Below, in pieces: positions 10,048-22,804 of a stretch of DNA of 64,000 nucleotides (positions are counted from its first letter, which is position 1; each line of letters starts with the position of its first letter). A program made the translations under genes and the position numbers. Origin of the DNA: Utricularia gibba (lineage: Eukaryota > Plantae > Magnoliophyta); contig NEEC01000010.1 of the NCBI GenBank assembly GCA_002189035.1, positions 682,001 to 746,000 on the forward strand, in the 5' to 3' direction. The notes below the pieces were generated by a model. That model did no database searches. It had not been told where the DNA came from and saw only the letters and a list, made by a program, of their open reading frames with translations.

Positions 10048-13000
10048 TGTTGGTAAATGATGGAAAAGCAAAGAACCGATCGAAGATAGCCAACATACTG
10101 CAAGTGTTTTTGAGTGGAAATGAAGTGTTTGTGGATTGAGGGCGACATGGCTGCTCTTGAGTCTACAAGTGAATAGTAGACCAAACCAAAGCCCAATTAT
10201 GTTAAGAACCCATGGCCCAAGTGGAGAGACATTGACTCAAGAAGCAAAATGAAGTGGAAATCTGACTGCAACAAGATGACATGACAACGGCTAGTTTCAC
10301 ACTCTATAAATATCTGCTCATGTATCCAAAACAAGCATGCCAAAAATACAAGTGTTCGATAACATCTCAATATCTTCAAATATCTCATAGATTCCTGTCT
10401 CTTTCAAGCCTTCAGTTTCAATCAAAACTTCAACATGATGCATCCGACGTGAACGTGCTTTCCACCCAACCATCTCCTCCTTAACCTTCACACACCTAAC
10501 CTTCGAGGACGATCTCATGGCCTCCAACATTAATCAACCTGCACCAACCTTCTTTGGAAGTGAGTATGAGCATTGAGCCAACAAGATGATGCACTACCTG
10601 TGTGCCTACAAACTGTGGGAAGTGGTATCGAAGAACTATGCATGTGAAACAGATGAAGACAAGGATGATTGTGAAGAAAAAGCCAATCAAGCCCAAGCAA
10701 TTCTCGAAGGAGCCATAATATGCGATACATATGACCTCATAATGAATTGCATCACCCCAAAATACACATGGGACTCACTAGCTTCTTTATATGGGATGGA
10801 CACACAAACCATAGCAATAGAAAAATCGCAACTATGGAAACAATATGAGACTCTTAAAATCCACCCAGGTCATTCAATTTCTAATTTTTCTGAAGAACTA
10901 ACAAAAGTTGTTTCAGGACTTGAGCGCCTAAGTGAAAAGATTGAAGACATTAGACTGTGAAAAAATTATTAGTATCATACCTCCACAATTTGAATATGCC
11001 CTTGCTTCCTTCAAATTTGATGGACACATTCACTCAATGAGCTCTAAACAACTCCTCCAAGGATTAAAAGGAGTGGAGGTCAAACCTTATAATCCAGATC
11101 TCTCACACGTCTCTGAAATGACCTTCAAAGCTCAGGAAACCTGATCTCCCTAAAAGGAACTCTCACTTGAAACCTCTTAGTCTCCCATATTTGTCTCCAT
11201 GAAACCTGAAAAAAATGGAGATGGAATTCCCTGTACCTATTGTAAGTGGAAAGGGCACTCATCATGGCAATGCTTCTGGAATCCTGGCTCATGTTGCAAC
11301 TACTGCTCCCTTAAAGGTTATGTTGACCGTGTCTACCCACTGAATAAGTACCACCAGCTGGGAGGAAAGGCTACTGAATCTGTTGACAAGTTAACTAACT
11401 CTATGAACGATGTATCGCTTGCTTCTAAGGGAAATGAGAAGAGAGTTGGTCTTTATCCTTTGTGTCAAAATACTCTAATTACCTCATTCATAGATATACG
11501 AAAATACGAAATATGGCTCATTGACACCGGCTGCAACCATTACCTAACTTACAATGAAAGCATATTTTCAAGCATATCAGTGCTCTTTGATAATTCATAC
11601 GATCGCTGATGGGAAGCTGATACCTGTCACAAGTGTAGGAACTGTGTGCATTGAAATGGAGCAAAGACTTGTGAACATCTCAGATGTGTACCTAGTGCTG
11701 CACATATCTCACAACTTACTAAGCTTGGGACAATTGGTTGAGAAAGGATTCAAAGTGCATCATGAAAATAACAAGTGCATTATAAAAGATGTTGATGATA
11801 ACGTAGTACTCATTGCCAACATGATCAATCAGATCTTTTCCCTTGTACTAACAAAGCCTCCTCTCAGTAGTGAGGTCTGCCTTAAGGTGATGAAAAACTC
11901 AAAACTATGGCATCAAAGGGTGGTCACCATCACTATGCCTCCCTATTATCTCTAAGAAGGAAAAATCTTGCCGAGGGAGTCAAAAAACTGAGAGGCAAAG
12001 AAGAAAACTGTCCGACTTGTGCATAATGTAAAATGAACCGAAAAACCTTACCCAAATTCAGTGTTCACTGTGAACGCAGGCTGGAGGTTGTCACAAGCGA
12101 TGTTTGTGGCCCAATGTCTACACCCACCAGGGCAAGAAATTAATACTATGTGATTTTCATAGATGAATACTCTAAATTCACTTGGTTATATCTACTGAAA
12201 CGCAGGAATGAGGTACTGCACTACTTCAAGATCTCTAAGTCTCTTGCTGAAGTCCAAAGCGGCTACAATATTCTGACCTTGTGAACAGACAACGGTGGTG
12301 AATACAAATCAATAGAATTGAAGAACCTGTGTGAGAGCAAAGGCATAGTCCATCAATTCATCGCGTCATACACACCAGAATAGAATGGAATTTGTGAGCG
12401 GAAAAACCAAAATATTGTCAATATGGCTATATGTCCCTTTTATCAAAAGAACTTACCGAGAGAATTCTATAGGGAAGCTGTGGACACCATAGTGTATTTA
12501 CTGAATCGATTACTCACAGAGGCACAAAAGAGTGTAAATCTCCCATGAGCTCTGATTCAACAAAGTCCCTAACCTGGACCATCTAAAAATTTTTGGTTCA
12601 CTATGTTACTTCTATATTCCTTAAGAAAAAATGTACAAAGTATGACAAAAGATTGAAACCTGGTATATTCTTAGGCTATGCAGATACAAGTAAGGCATAT
12701 AGAGTGCTGAACCTGCGGACACAAGAAGTTGAAATCAATCGAGATGTGATGGTGGATGAAGAACGTGCTTTTGACTAGAGAAATATTCAGATTGAAACAA
12801 CGGATCAAAGTGCTTGCACTAGAACTATTCAGTACCTATTTCCCCAAATGATCTCTCGAATAACCTTGAAGACAATGATATCACCATTCCCGAACAGATG
12901 TCTCAAAGCGATGACACTGTCCAACAAATGTTCCTTTCAGTAGGTAAAACCTCTATGATTGAATCAAGCCAATTACAAGCATGTGCATTACCAAATTCAA

Positions 13001-15431
13001 GAGGAATGTACTCTCAAGAAAATGGGAGTCTACATCATCAAAATACACAACAATAGACTGCTGATGTAGAATTGACACAGACACCTCAAAATTTTGCTCG
13101 TGAAATTAACATGGAAGACATCAATGAAAAAAGTGAACCAGAACACTCACCTGTCCGAACACCCGAAGGCATAGATTCAGGTTCAGATACCTTCGAGAAA
13201 GCCTCGAACCAACGTCTTGAAGACTTACCTCTGGCCCAACATCCACCATATGCCATCCAAAGACCCATACTTCTTCCTGCAAACGAAAGGGCTAATTATT
13301 TGGAAAACTATGGATTGAATAGTGATGAATTACCTTATTTTCCCCATCATCTGAGCAACCGCCCCAGCGACCGTGAAGATGAAGCACCGAAACAGGGGTA
13401 TCAATCACTCCAAGATATTTATGACCGATGCCTTCTGGTTCATGAACTAACTAGTGTTTATGAAGCCCTCGAATTTCCAGAATGGCAAAAAGCCATGGAT
13501 GATGAATTGGAATCCATACGTAAACATGATGTATGGATGGCAGTTCCTAGACCTCCAAATATCAAACCTCTGAAACTGAAATGAATATTTAAAGTCAAGT
13601 TAAATCCAAATGGAACTTTGAACAAACTCAAAGCCCGATTGGTGGTAAAAGGGTATATGTAAAAGGTTGGAATAGATTACCTCGAGACCTTTGCGCCGGT
13701 TGCTAGATTGGATACCGTGAAGCTTATAGTAGCTCTAGTAGCCTACAACAGATAGAAACTACATCATCTGGACATCAAAAGTGCATTTTTGAACAGTGAA
13801 TTAAGTGAGAATATATATGTGAAACCTCCTCTTGGATTAATCATTGAAGATCAACTAGATTGCATCTTGAAACTAAACAAGACACTATATGGACTAAAAC
13901 AAGCACCAAAGGAGTGGTATTCAACAATAGACAAGTTATTTCTAGAGCAAGGGTACATTCACAGCAAAAACGATACTACCCTATATATTTTGGACAATCC
14001 GAAAAGCAAAGTTATTGTATCACTCTATGTTGATGAAATATTAATAATTGGTGATAATGAAGATCTTATTACTGAACAAAAGAGACTGCTGCAACTTCGA
14101 TTTGACTTAATTGACCTCGGCCTCACTAGGTACTTTCTGGGTATAGGAATTCTGCAGCGTGAAGACTTCATATTTATAAACCTGAAGAAATAAATGGACG
14201 ATCTAATGACGAGAATGAATATGGAAAAAAAATTGGTATCCGTTCCCCTTCTCGCCAGATGAGAGACAGGGAAAATTGCCAGGATACAAAACCAGCAGCT
14301 ATGCACGAGTTTCAGAAACTCATTGGCTCTTTATTATACCTCATAACCACCAGGCCCGACATCACATTTGCCATATCCTTCCTATCTAGATATATGCACA
14401 AGCCACACACAAATCACATGGAAATAGCCAAGAAAATACTTGATACTTAAATTCAACAATCCATTTGGGACTATACTATAAAAAAGGGACTAATCCTATT
14501 CTGTTGGAGTTCGTCGATTCAGATTTCGTTGGAGATGAAGTAAGCTGTAAATCCACTACTGGTTACCTGTTTAACCTAGGATTTGCAGCATTCTCTTGGA
14601 ACATTAGAAGGCAAGATGTCGTGGCTCAATCATCTACTGAGGCAGAATACATAGCCATATTAGTAGCTGTGAACCATGGCCGATGGCTGATCAAGCTTTT
14701 TGGTGACCTAAAAATCCAAATCAACCAACTAATTACCCTGAAAATAGACAACAAATCAGCAATTAGCATCGCTCAAAACCCAGTGATGTTTGGAAGAATG
14801 AAGCATATCAAGATTAAGTATATCATGTACCCAGAGATTACATGCAAGAAGGCTCCATAAGGTTGGAGTACATACCATCAGAGGACCAGGTGGCTGAAAT
14901 ACTCACCAAGAGTCTTTTCTCGAAAACTTTCAACAAGATTCGCCAATTGCTAGGGCTTCGGATAAACCCTGAAATTGAATCGACCGAATCTCCACTATCC
15001 CATTAAGGAGGAATGTTGGTAAATGATGGAAAAGTAAAGAACCAATCGAGGATCACAGAGCATCAAGCCAACATACTACAAGAAGAATATGTGATGATGC
15101 ATCGGAAAGAAGGACGGGAAATGAAGTGTTTGTTGATTGGGCTTTGGTTTGGTCTACAAGTGAAAAGGAGACCAAACCAAAGCCCAATTATGCCAAGAAC
15201 CCATCTGACAGCCCAAGTGGAGAGACACTGACTCAAGAAGCAAAATGGAGTGGAAATCTGACTGCAACAAGACAATGCGACAACGGCTAGTTTCACACTC
15301 TATAAATATCTGCTCATGTATCCAGAACAAGCAAGCCAAAAACATAAGCGTTCAATAACATCTCAATATCTTCAAATATCTCATAGATTCTTGCCTCTTT
15401 CAAGCCTTCAATTTCAATCAAAACTGCAACA
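10048..15431 (+). mobile_element. Degenerate Ty1/copia LTR retrotransposon (possibly Ivana/Oryco-like)
   Basis: LTRs 10048-10435 and 15016-15431, both TGTTGG..CAACA. PPT AAGGAGGAA at 15007-15015. Domain order gag (from ATG 10517, two tandem zinc-knuckle-like motifs), protease (WLIDTGC), integrase (SDVCGP..FIDEYSK), RT (DDELESIRKHDVW, LYGLKQAP, LYVDEI), RNase H (DSDF..KSTTGY). Many stops and frameshifts; no matching TSD. Confidence 0.93.
10436..10453 (+). other. Primer-binding site of the copia element, tRNA-Trp-like
   Basis: TGATGCATCCGACGTGAA directly follows the 5' LTR. It matches 15 of 18 positions of the reverse complement of the plant tRNA-Trp(CCA) 3' end as I recall it (TGGTGAACCCGACGTGAA). 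Confidence 0.65.
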
Positions 15432-15736
15432 TTCGTTCCATAAGGACTTATAAGAACTAACATGATAAGGCCATTTTCTTAATGACTTGAAAATGAATAT
15501 TAGTTATTGTTTAGGAATTCAATAGGTCAAGAGACTATTGGATTATCGCTCGCTATATAGTTTGATAGGGGTCAACCATATTTCTACCAAATAGGAAAAT
15601 ATATCACTATTAACTAAGGGAAGTTTTTATCTTATAATTAACTTGTATGCATGTACATAAGTAAAAAGAAATAAGAGAATAATATGTAGCTTTTTGATAA
15701 AAGTAAATAAGAGAAACAAGACAAAAATCTCATTTG

Positions 15737-16019
15737 GGGTACATTTGATTAGATGTTTTTCGTGTGTTTTGAAATGGGTTTAGGGTTAAACTCATGTTTG
15801 ATATGTAGTATGCAAATAGAAGAAAAATAAATGTTAGAGTATATTAGTAATTACTATAGTTGGAATAGATGATATTTTTATCATTTTATACCATTTAGCC
15901 TTGGCCTTGATTCTTGATCAGCTCAATACAAAATATCTTTTAAACACACAAATTTCATTTATTTAAATCCAAATAAATTAAATTGGTGTTAATGCATTAT
16001 ACAGTAATCAAATGTGCCC
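15737..16019. mobile_element. Tourist/PIF-Harbinger-like MITE, ~283 bp
   Basis: TIRs GGGTACATTTGATTA (left) and GGGCACATTTGATTA (right, reverse complement), AT-rich interior, flanks TTG / TTA resembling a decayed TTA target. Confidence 0.6.
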
Positions 16020-16650
16020 TTAAAAAATTTGTTCCTTTTTTATGAGCTATTCCCTTTGTCAAATTCCTTTTCAAATGTATGAACGTTTTGAATAATTTTT
16101 TTTCTAGATTATCATTTATTATTTTCTTATTACTTTTCACAAATAAGGCATTTTACAAAAATCATTTGAAAAATAATATAAATTATCAAAACCTCTTAAA
16201 AGATGTAGTGGATATGCAAGTGAAAAATTATCATTTATTATTTTCTTATTAACCTTCTCAAAATGGATAAAGAAGAGTAAAATTAGGTCATATGTTCTTA
16301 TTTCACTTTTCCATCTAATGAACACTATTATGGCTTTACCTTTGAATGAGTTCATTCTCTACCTATATTCGAAGGGTCTCTAATGGTGATTCTGGAAGTG
16401 TATAAAAACCGTTAAGATCATCTATATAAAAAATTGATTATATTTGGATTTTCTAAAACTACTCGAAACAAATGACAACAAACAAAACAAAATGATTTTG
16501 AAAACAATAGAAATAAAGACTTGAGATCATGGATCCATGATGTTAAAACTCGTCTATGTGCATGTGTGTAAACCTTGAGTGGTGACCTACTTGTATAAGT
16601 TTTGAGGATGTTATTCCAAATTAATACTAGTTGATAAACATTATAGTACC

Positions 16651-19600
16651 TGATGGAGTCTAAATCAGATTGAGATAATCGGCCATTGAAAAGGAGACAA
16701 AAGATGTCCAGATGGGCTGGTGCGGATCGACAGACCGATAAGTGTCAAAGTTTGTTAGTAGCGGCTGCTTCGGACAGTTTGAAAAATAGCTGAATTACGG
16801 CAATGGTAGAGCAGACGGCGGTTATTTGAAAGCAAGACCACAATATGTACAACAGGCGCAAAAAGTAGCTGACATCTATAGAATTCAGGATTCGATCAGA
16901 CCTCTTCCATAAATATAAAAAACCTTGAACAAGAAAGGGTTGAACTTCAAGCCCATTAACCTGTATCTTTTCCCCCACCCCCATCTAGTGAAGTCATTTT
17001 CCGACGAGCTTCGACAACTCCGTAGTTTTTCCGTTCTTCGACGGTTTCCATGTTAAAGTCCCTCTCTATTTTTATTTCTGCCGACCGATACATATCAGCC
17101 AAGGACACTTATATCCGGACCTAATCCTATATGTTTGGCTTCGCTCGCAACCCGGAAATCGGTTCCCGTCCCATTGCCGATTTCTATCCATAACATTTTG
17201 GCGCCCACCGTGGGGCAAGATTTATTGTCCCACACGAAAAATCGACAAAAGCTACCTATCAACCACTCAATATGGCAGAAAACAACACGGCCACCACTCC
17301 GGCAACGAAGGAAGTGCCGGCATACAAGACCCCAGCCTCATGGTCATCAACGGGGAACAACTTAAAGCCCTCATGATGGAGATATTTTTTGACGTCAAGT
17401 CTTCTTCAGGGCTTGTTCGCTCCAGAAGAGAGCAAAGACTTGGTTCAAACAGCAGGACCTTGCAGTGTGGGGTCTTAGGGAGTTGGTGCTGTTATTTACA
17501 ACCCGATATGCTGTCAACATTGAGGCCCCACCCTCCAAGGTGACGCTATATTCCATTTGGTACAACCACTGAAAAGAGAGTCTTAGAAGGTTCATCGACC
17601 GATTCAACTGCTCAGCGCAAGATGTTTAGTTAGACTCTAAGGAGAGTATGTCGAAAACCCCACCGAGGAACCTTGGGGAATTACTAACAAATGTTATGAA
17701 ATACATTCGAGTCGATGATGACCTCAAAGCCGAAATGAAGAACCACGTAGAAATCCGGCTGATCTCGTAGTAAGAAGAGCAACCCAACAGGGTTCAACGG
17801 CCGAACAAGCGCCACGAAGTGTATCAGGTGGATCCGTCGAGAACGAACACCTACTGTATTATACAGAAAACAACGGGACACGACACTGTCGATTGCCGAG
17901 TGATGAAAAGATTGATTGAGCATTATCATGCTGGTGGCGGGACAAACGGTGCAACACGTAACCCCACGAAAATGATGGAATGCAAAAGGGGATGTAAGAA
18001 CCACGTACAGGATAGTCCCCCTATATTCGGAAAATCCATGTGGTGTCCGAGGGCATCAAAATCGATTAATTAGGAAAAACAAAGAAAAGATATTTGGACA
18101 AGGCAAGGAAAGGAGAAGTCTTCGAGATTGGGAAAAATCGAACGGAAAAGGCTGCTTGGGAAAGGGAAGAGATCATTTTTTTTGAAAGAGACATTCCCGT
18201 CACCCCCGCTACATGGAATGAGCCTCTAGTGATGGCGGGAATATGCGGGAGCACCAAGGTAAGGAGGATCCTCATTGATCAGGGATCCTCCTGCAACATC
18301 ATGAAGAAGGAGGTGGCCGAATTACTTGCGTCATCCAAGGAGGGAGATATTCGTCCAATTATGAAGTTATACACTTTCGATCAATGGGCTGTGCAGACGG
18401 TCAGGAAATAACTCTACCCATGACATTCAGCGTGACAGGGCGAAACCGGACGAAGAGGCTGGAATTCCATATACTGGATTCAGAGGTTTCTTATAACATC
18501 ATTTTCGGTTGACCAAGGATCAATCAATTTGGAATGATACCCTCCACTGTACACTTGAAAATCAAGTTTCCAACTTCTAGGGGGTCTGCACACTGGACAT
18601 CAACCAACCAGTTGCTCGATTCTTATTTTTGTTATAAACCAAAAATAATGATGGTTGAAAGAGTACACAGGGAACCCCCCAGGTAAGCAATGGAACCGGT
18701 AGGATACAACCAATTGCAGTTGATACTGGGGGATATGCACTAGACGACCCGTATTGGCACCAACCTAGACGCCGGATTCGAGGAAAGGTTGGTGGAACTT
18801 TTGAAGAGGAACACCAATATCTTTGCTTGGATTGCTGCAGATTTTGCAGGTATCAACTGATCTGTCACTGAACATCACATTAATACCTACTCGGGAGCAA
18901 AGCCGATTCAACAGAAACAATGGCATTTCTCTAAAGAAAAATGCCGAATCATCAAAGAGAAAACAAGAGAGCTGCTAGGAGCTAGCTACGTGAAGGAGAT
19001 TCAGTATTTCGAATGGATAGCTAACCCTATCGTTTTCTCGAAGCCTAGAGGAAAGTGGAGAATGTGTGTCGACTTCACTGACTTCAATGCTTGTTGTGAG
19101 AGGGATTCATATCTCCTCCCGAAGATCAAAAAGTTGGTAGACGCCATTGCCAGATCCCGATTTCTAAGCTTAATGGATGCATATTCTGGATATCACCAAA
19201 TTTTTGTTGCGGAAAAAGATCAACCGAAAACCACTTATCAAATTTTCTACACCATAGATGGGGTTTACTGCTATGTGGCAATACCTTTCGATTTGAAGAA
19301 TATTGGGGCTACTTATCAAAGACTTGTGAATAAAATCTTCTCTTCTTAAATCGATACCTCCATGGAGGTGTATGTGGACGATATGATCGTGAAATCAATG
19401 AATGAAGAAGATCATTTGGCTTAATTGGATTCTTGTTTCTCTCTATGTCGGTCATGCGGGTTGAAGTTCAACCCGCTAAAGTGTTGCTTTGGGATGCAGA
19501 ATGAAAAATTCCTAGGTCATTACGTATCAGAGAGAGGGATCGAGAATAGTTAAGGAATATCAGAGTCTCACAGGTAAACTGGCCACTCTCAACCGATTCA

Positions 19601-22600
19601 TATCTCAGTCAGCAGACAAATCAGCATCTTTCTTGAAAGCCTTCCAAAAAGGAAACACTGTGGAATGGAACGAGGACTATCAGGTTGCTTTCGAAAAACT
19701 GAAGGAATATCTTTCATCGCCCCCACTGTTTGTGGCTCCAAAGGAACGGGAACCCTTGGGGCTCTACTTATCGATATTGCTTATTGCGGTCAGTACGATC
19801 TTGACAACTATTTCGGAGGAGAAGCACCTGCCGGTGTATTACATGAGTAACGACATATCGTGGTATTCACAAATCAACCATTGAAGAGCATTTTCTCTCG
19901 ACCTGAAATCTCTAGAAGGGTGGCCAAATGGGCGATCAAATTGAGCACAATTTTTAGTGCAAGGACAATTTTTAGCACCATTGAAGAGCATTCTCTCTCG
20001 ATGCCAACACCGATTCACGGCTAGTGCAAGGACAATTTTTAGGTGAGTATGAAACTCATGACCCCCTAATGGCTCTGTATTGTGTTAAGGTGAAGGAGCT
20101 GGTGAAGACCTTCAAGGAGTTTACCTTATCACACGTGGCATGCGAAGAAAATGGATCTATAGATAGCCTTGCCCGGTTTGTCGCAGGGTTTCAGGAGTTG
20201 AAGGAAGGGAGTGTGACGATCCAGTTGCGGGATCAACCTTTAGTAACCTTATGGGCAGTGAACCATATCACCCAGCGACCAGCGAATGACGTCTCTGTGT
20301 ATTTAAATTCCCTTGAAGATTGGATGTTGCCTTACATTCGGTATCTACAAAGCGGAGAGATACTAGCCGACAAATCGGAGGCCTGAAAATTGCAGATTAG
20401 AGCACAGAGATATACATTAATATGCGGATTTCTCTATCAGAAATCCTTTGATGGGCCCTTATTGAGATGTATCGGAAAAGGGCAATCCCAAGATCTCATA
20501 ACCGATCTGCATGAAGGGGAATGCGGCAGCCATGTCGGGATATGATCTTTATACAGAAAAGCATTGAGAAGCGGGTATTACTGGTCAACTATGAAGCACG
20601 ACATCACACGAGCATACCTAGAAAACCGGTAAACAACTTGACTGTTTTACCACTCTCATATCCATTTGACTGCTGAGGAGTGGACATCATGGGACCATTT
20701 CCCCAAATCTATGGCCAAAGGAAATTTGTTATCTTAGGAATTGAATACTTCTCAAAATGGGTAGAAGTAGAAACCATGGAAAAAATATCGGAGGAAATTT
20801 TTATCCGATTTCTATGGAAAAACATCTTCATTCAGTTCAGAGTACCTAGGGAGCTAGTAACCGACAATGGGACTCAATTCGCTGGGGGGAAGATGGATAC
20901 ATTTTTGGACAGATACTTGGTTAAACACAACTTCACCTCGGTTTATCACCCCTAGAGTAACGGCCTTACAGAGGCTACAAACCGGACTCTCTGACAAGGT
21001 ATGAAAACCAAGCTTGAGAATTTCGAGGGATTGTGGGCAGACCGATTAGACGAGGTGATATGGTCATACCGTACCACCTCTCGAACTACCACAGAGGAAT
21101 CTCCTTTCTTATTGGTTTTCGGATTGGAAGCCGTATGCCCAATCGAGTTAACACTAAAGAGCTATAGGGTGGAACACTACAACGAAGAGGAAAACGCCGA
21201 ACTGTGGAAGCTGGAGTTGGAGTTATTGGAGGGAAAACGACAAAGTATATATAGTCGACTAGGTGCTTATCAGAGAAGAACTAAGAAAAGTTACAACAGA
21301 TCAGTATTCCCAAGAAAGTTCTCGGAAGGACACTTGGTGCTCCAAAACAATCCAACCGCAAAGGCATGTTGGGAAATTAGAGCGCATTTGGGAAGGCCCT
21401 TATCGGATTTCTAGGGTGATCGGAAAAGGAGTCTATCGGCTGGAACAACTAGATGGTGTGGAATTCCTGAGATCATGGAATGCCTCGCATTTGAGGAGAT
21501 TTTATGCCTAATTGGCCCAATATTGATTCGTGTTGCAAGATCTACATGTTTCAGTAATTTCTTTATCGGAATGCTAAAGTGGCTAAACGTTCCTCCCAAG
21601 TGGAGATGAACTAACAGGATAGCAAGCCCTGGCCAAGTCATGTAAGCCCATGCAAATCCTACAAGTCTATATCCCCCAATTGGTATAGTGAATCATCCTA
21701 GGGCGATCCCCGAGGTAATTGATCTCCTAAACCCAAGCACCAGAAATAAGGGTAAGCCTTGGTACAATCCAGGCACGGGCTTTCATAAGCCATTCACGTG
21801 AGCCTCGAAAAAGCCCTCAGTATAGATCTTGCTGTCGAATCTCGAGATAGTAAGTGCACTCGAAGCAGATTCGACTATGCCCCAAAAGCATAGATTTCTG
21901 GCCAGAAGAGGGCCTATCCAGATTGGGGATGTAACTCAGCCCAAGAGGGGTTCTGAGTTATGTCCTTAGCATCGGTCTCACACGTCAAGAAAATACTTAG
22001 GCAAAAAGCCCAGCCCAATGACTAGCAAATTACGCAACTTTCAAATGTACGAAAAACCCCAAATCGGGGACAAAAACATCAGTTCCGGAAGAAAAAAATT
22101 AAAGTTCAGGGGCTGAAATGCCCTTTTAGCCTCGCTCGCAGCTTGGCCTCATTCTCTCGTTGGATCCTTGCCCAAATCAGCGCCATCAGGCACTCCCGGT
22201 CAGCTCCAAACTGAAATTCCAGGGCCTCAAACACATTAACAATGACATCCAGCATATTTTAATCCTTTTTCAATGGGTTGATCCTATCAAAACGTGGATC
22301 AGTGATTGACAATTCGAATTCGCAACTGAATTGGCGCCTCTACCGGTATAAGAGCAAGGCGATTAGATCTCCCGCATAAATGTCAGATAGTTCGACAAAG
22401 CTAGCCGAATCAAGGAAGTCGTCTAGAAGCCTCCGCTGAGACGTAGCTCTGCTTCCATAACTGAAATGCATTCCTTGGCATGCTTTAGTTTTGATTCTGT
22501 TTCTCCGAACCTGACCCTAAAGCTTTCTTTTTCGGAATTGGCATCATTGATCGCCTTCCCCATTTCGTCTATCACAGTCTGCAATTCCTCCTCTCGACGA

Positions 22601-22790
22601 GTGTGTTTTCCCAGAATCAAACTCAACATGCTCTCTTCCTCCTCCAAAATCTTTATTTTGGCATTTTGAGCCATGACATGTGCCTGGAGCTTGGAAACCT
22701 TCTTTGATAGGGATCCAATCTCCTTTGCCATACTCTAGCCGAAAGTCAGGCCCTAGTAAGGAGTTACCGAATCAGGAGCTGATTATGCGT
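16651..22790 (+). mobile_element. Ty3/gypsy Tat-clade (Retand-like) retrotransposon, degenerate, 3' LTR missing
   Basis: 5' LTR 16651-17195 (TG..CA). PBS TGGCGCCCACCGTGGGGC at 17199-17216, complementary to tRNA-Lys(CTT). Protease (ILIDQGSS), RT (WRMCVDFTD, MDAYSGYHQI, YVDDMIVKS), RNase H plus second (archaeal-type) RNase H remnant (EENGSIDSLA), integrase (DIMGPFP..EYFSKWVE), long 3' region. Confidence 0.92.
22423..22731 (-). CDS. Antisense extra ORF remnant in the 3' region of the Tat element, coiled-coil-like
   Basis: 102-aa ORF with Glu/Lys-rich heptad character (ISSLSKKVSKL-type pattern: IGSLSKKVSKLQAHV..IKILEEEE..FGETESKLKHAKE), opposite to gag-pol. Antisense 3' ORFs are an established trait of Tat/Retand elements. 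Confidence 0.55.
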   Translation of the reverse strand: MAKEIGSLSKKVSKLQAHVMAQNAKIKILEEEESMLSLILGKHTRREEELQTVIDEMGKAINDANSEKESFRVRFGETESKLKHAKECISVMEAELRLSGGF

Positions 22791-22804
22791 GTTGCGAAAA
22801 ACAA

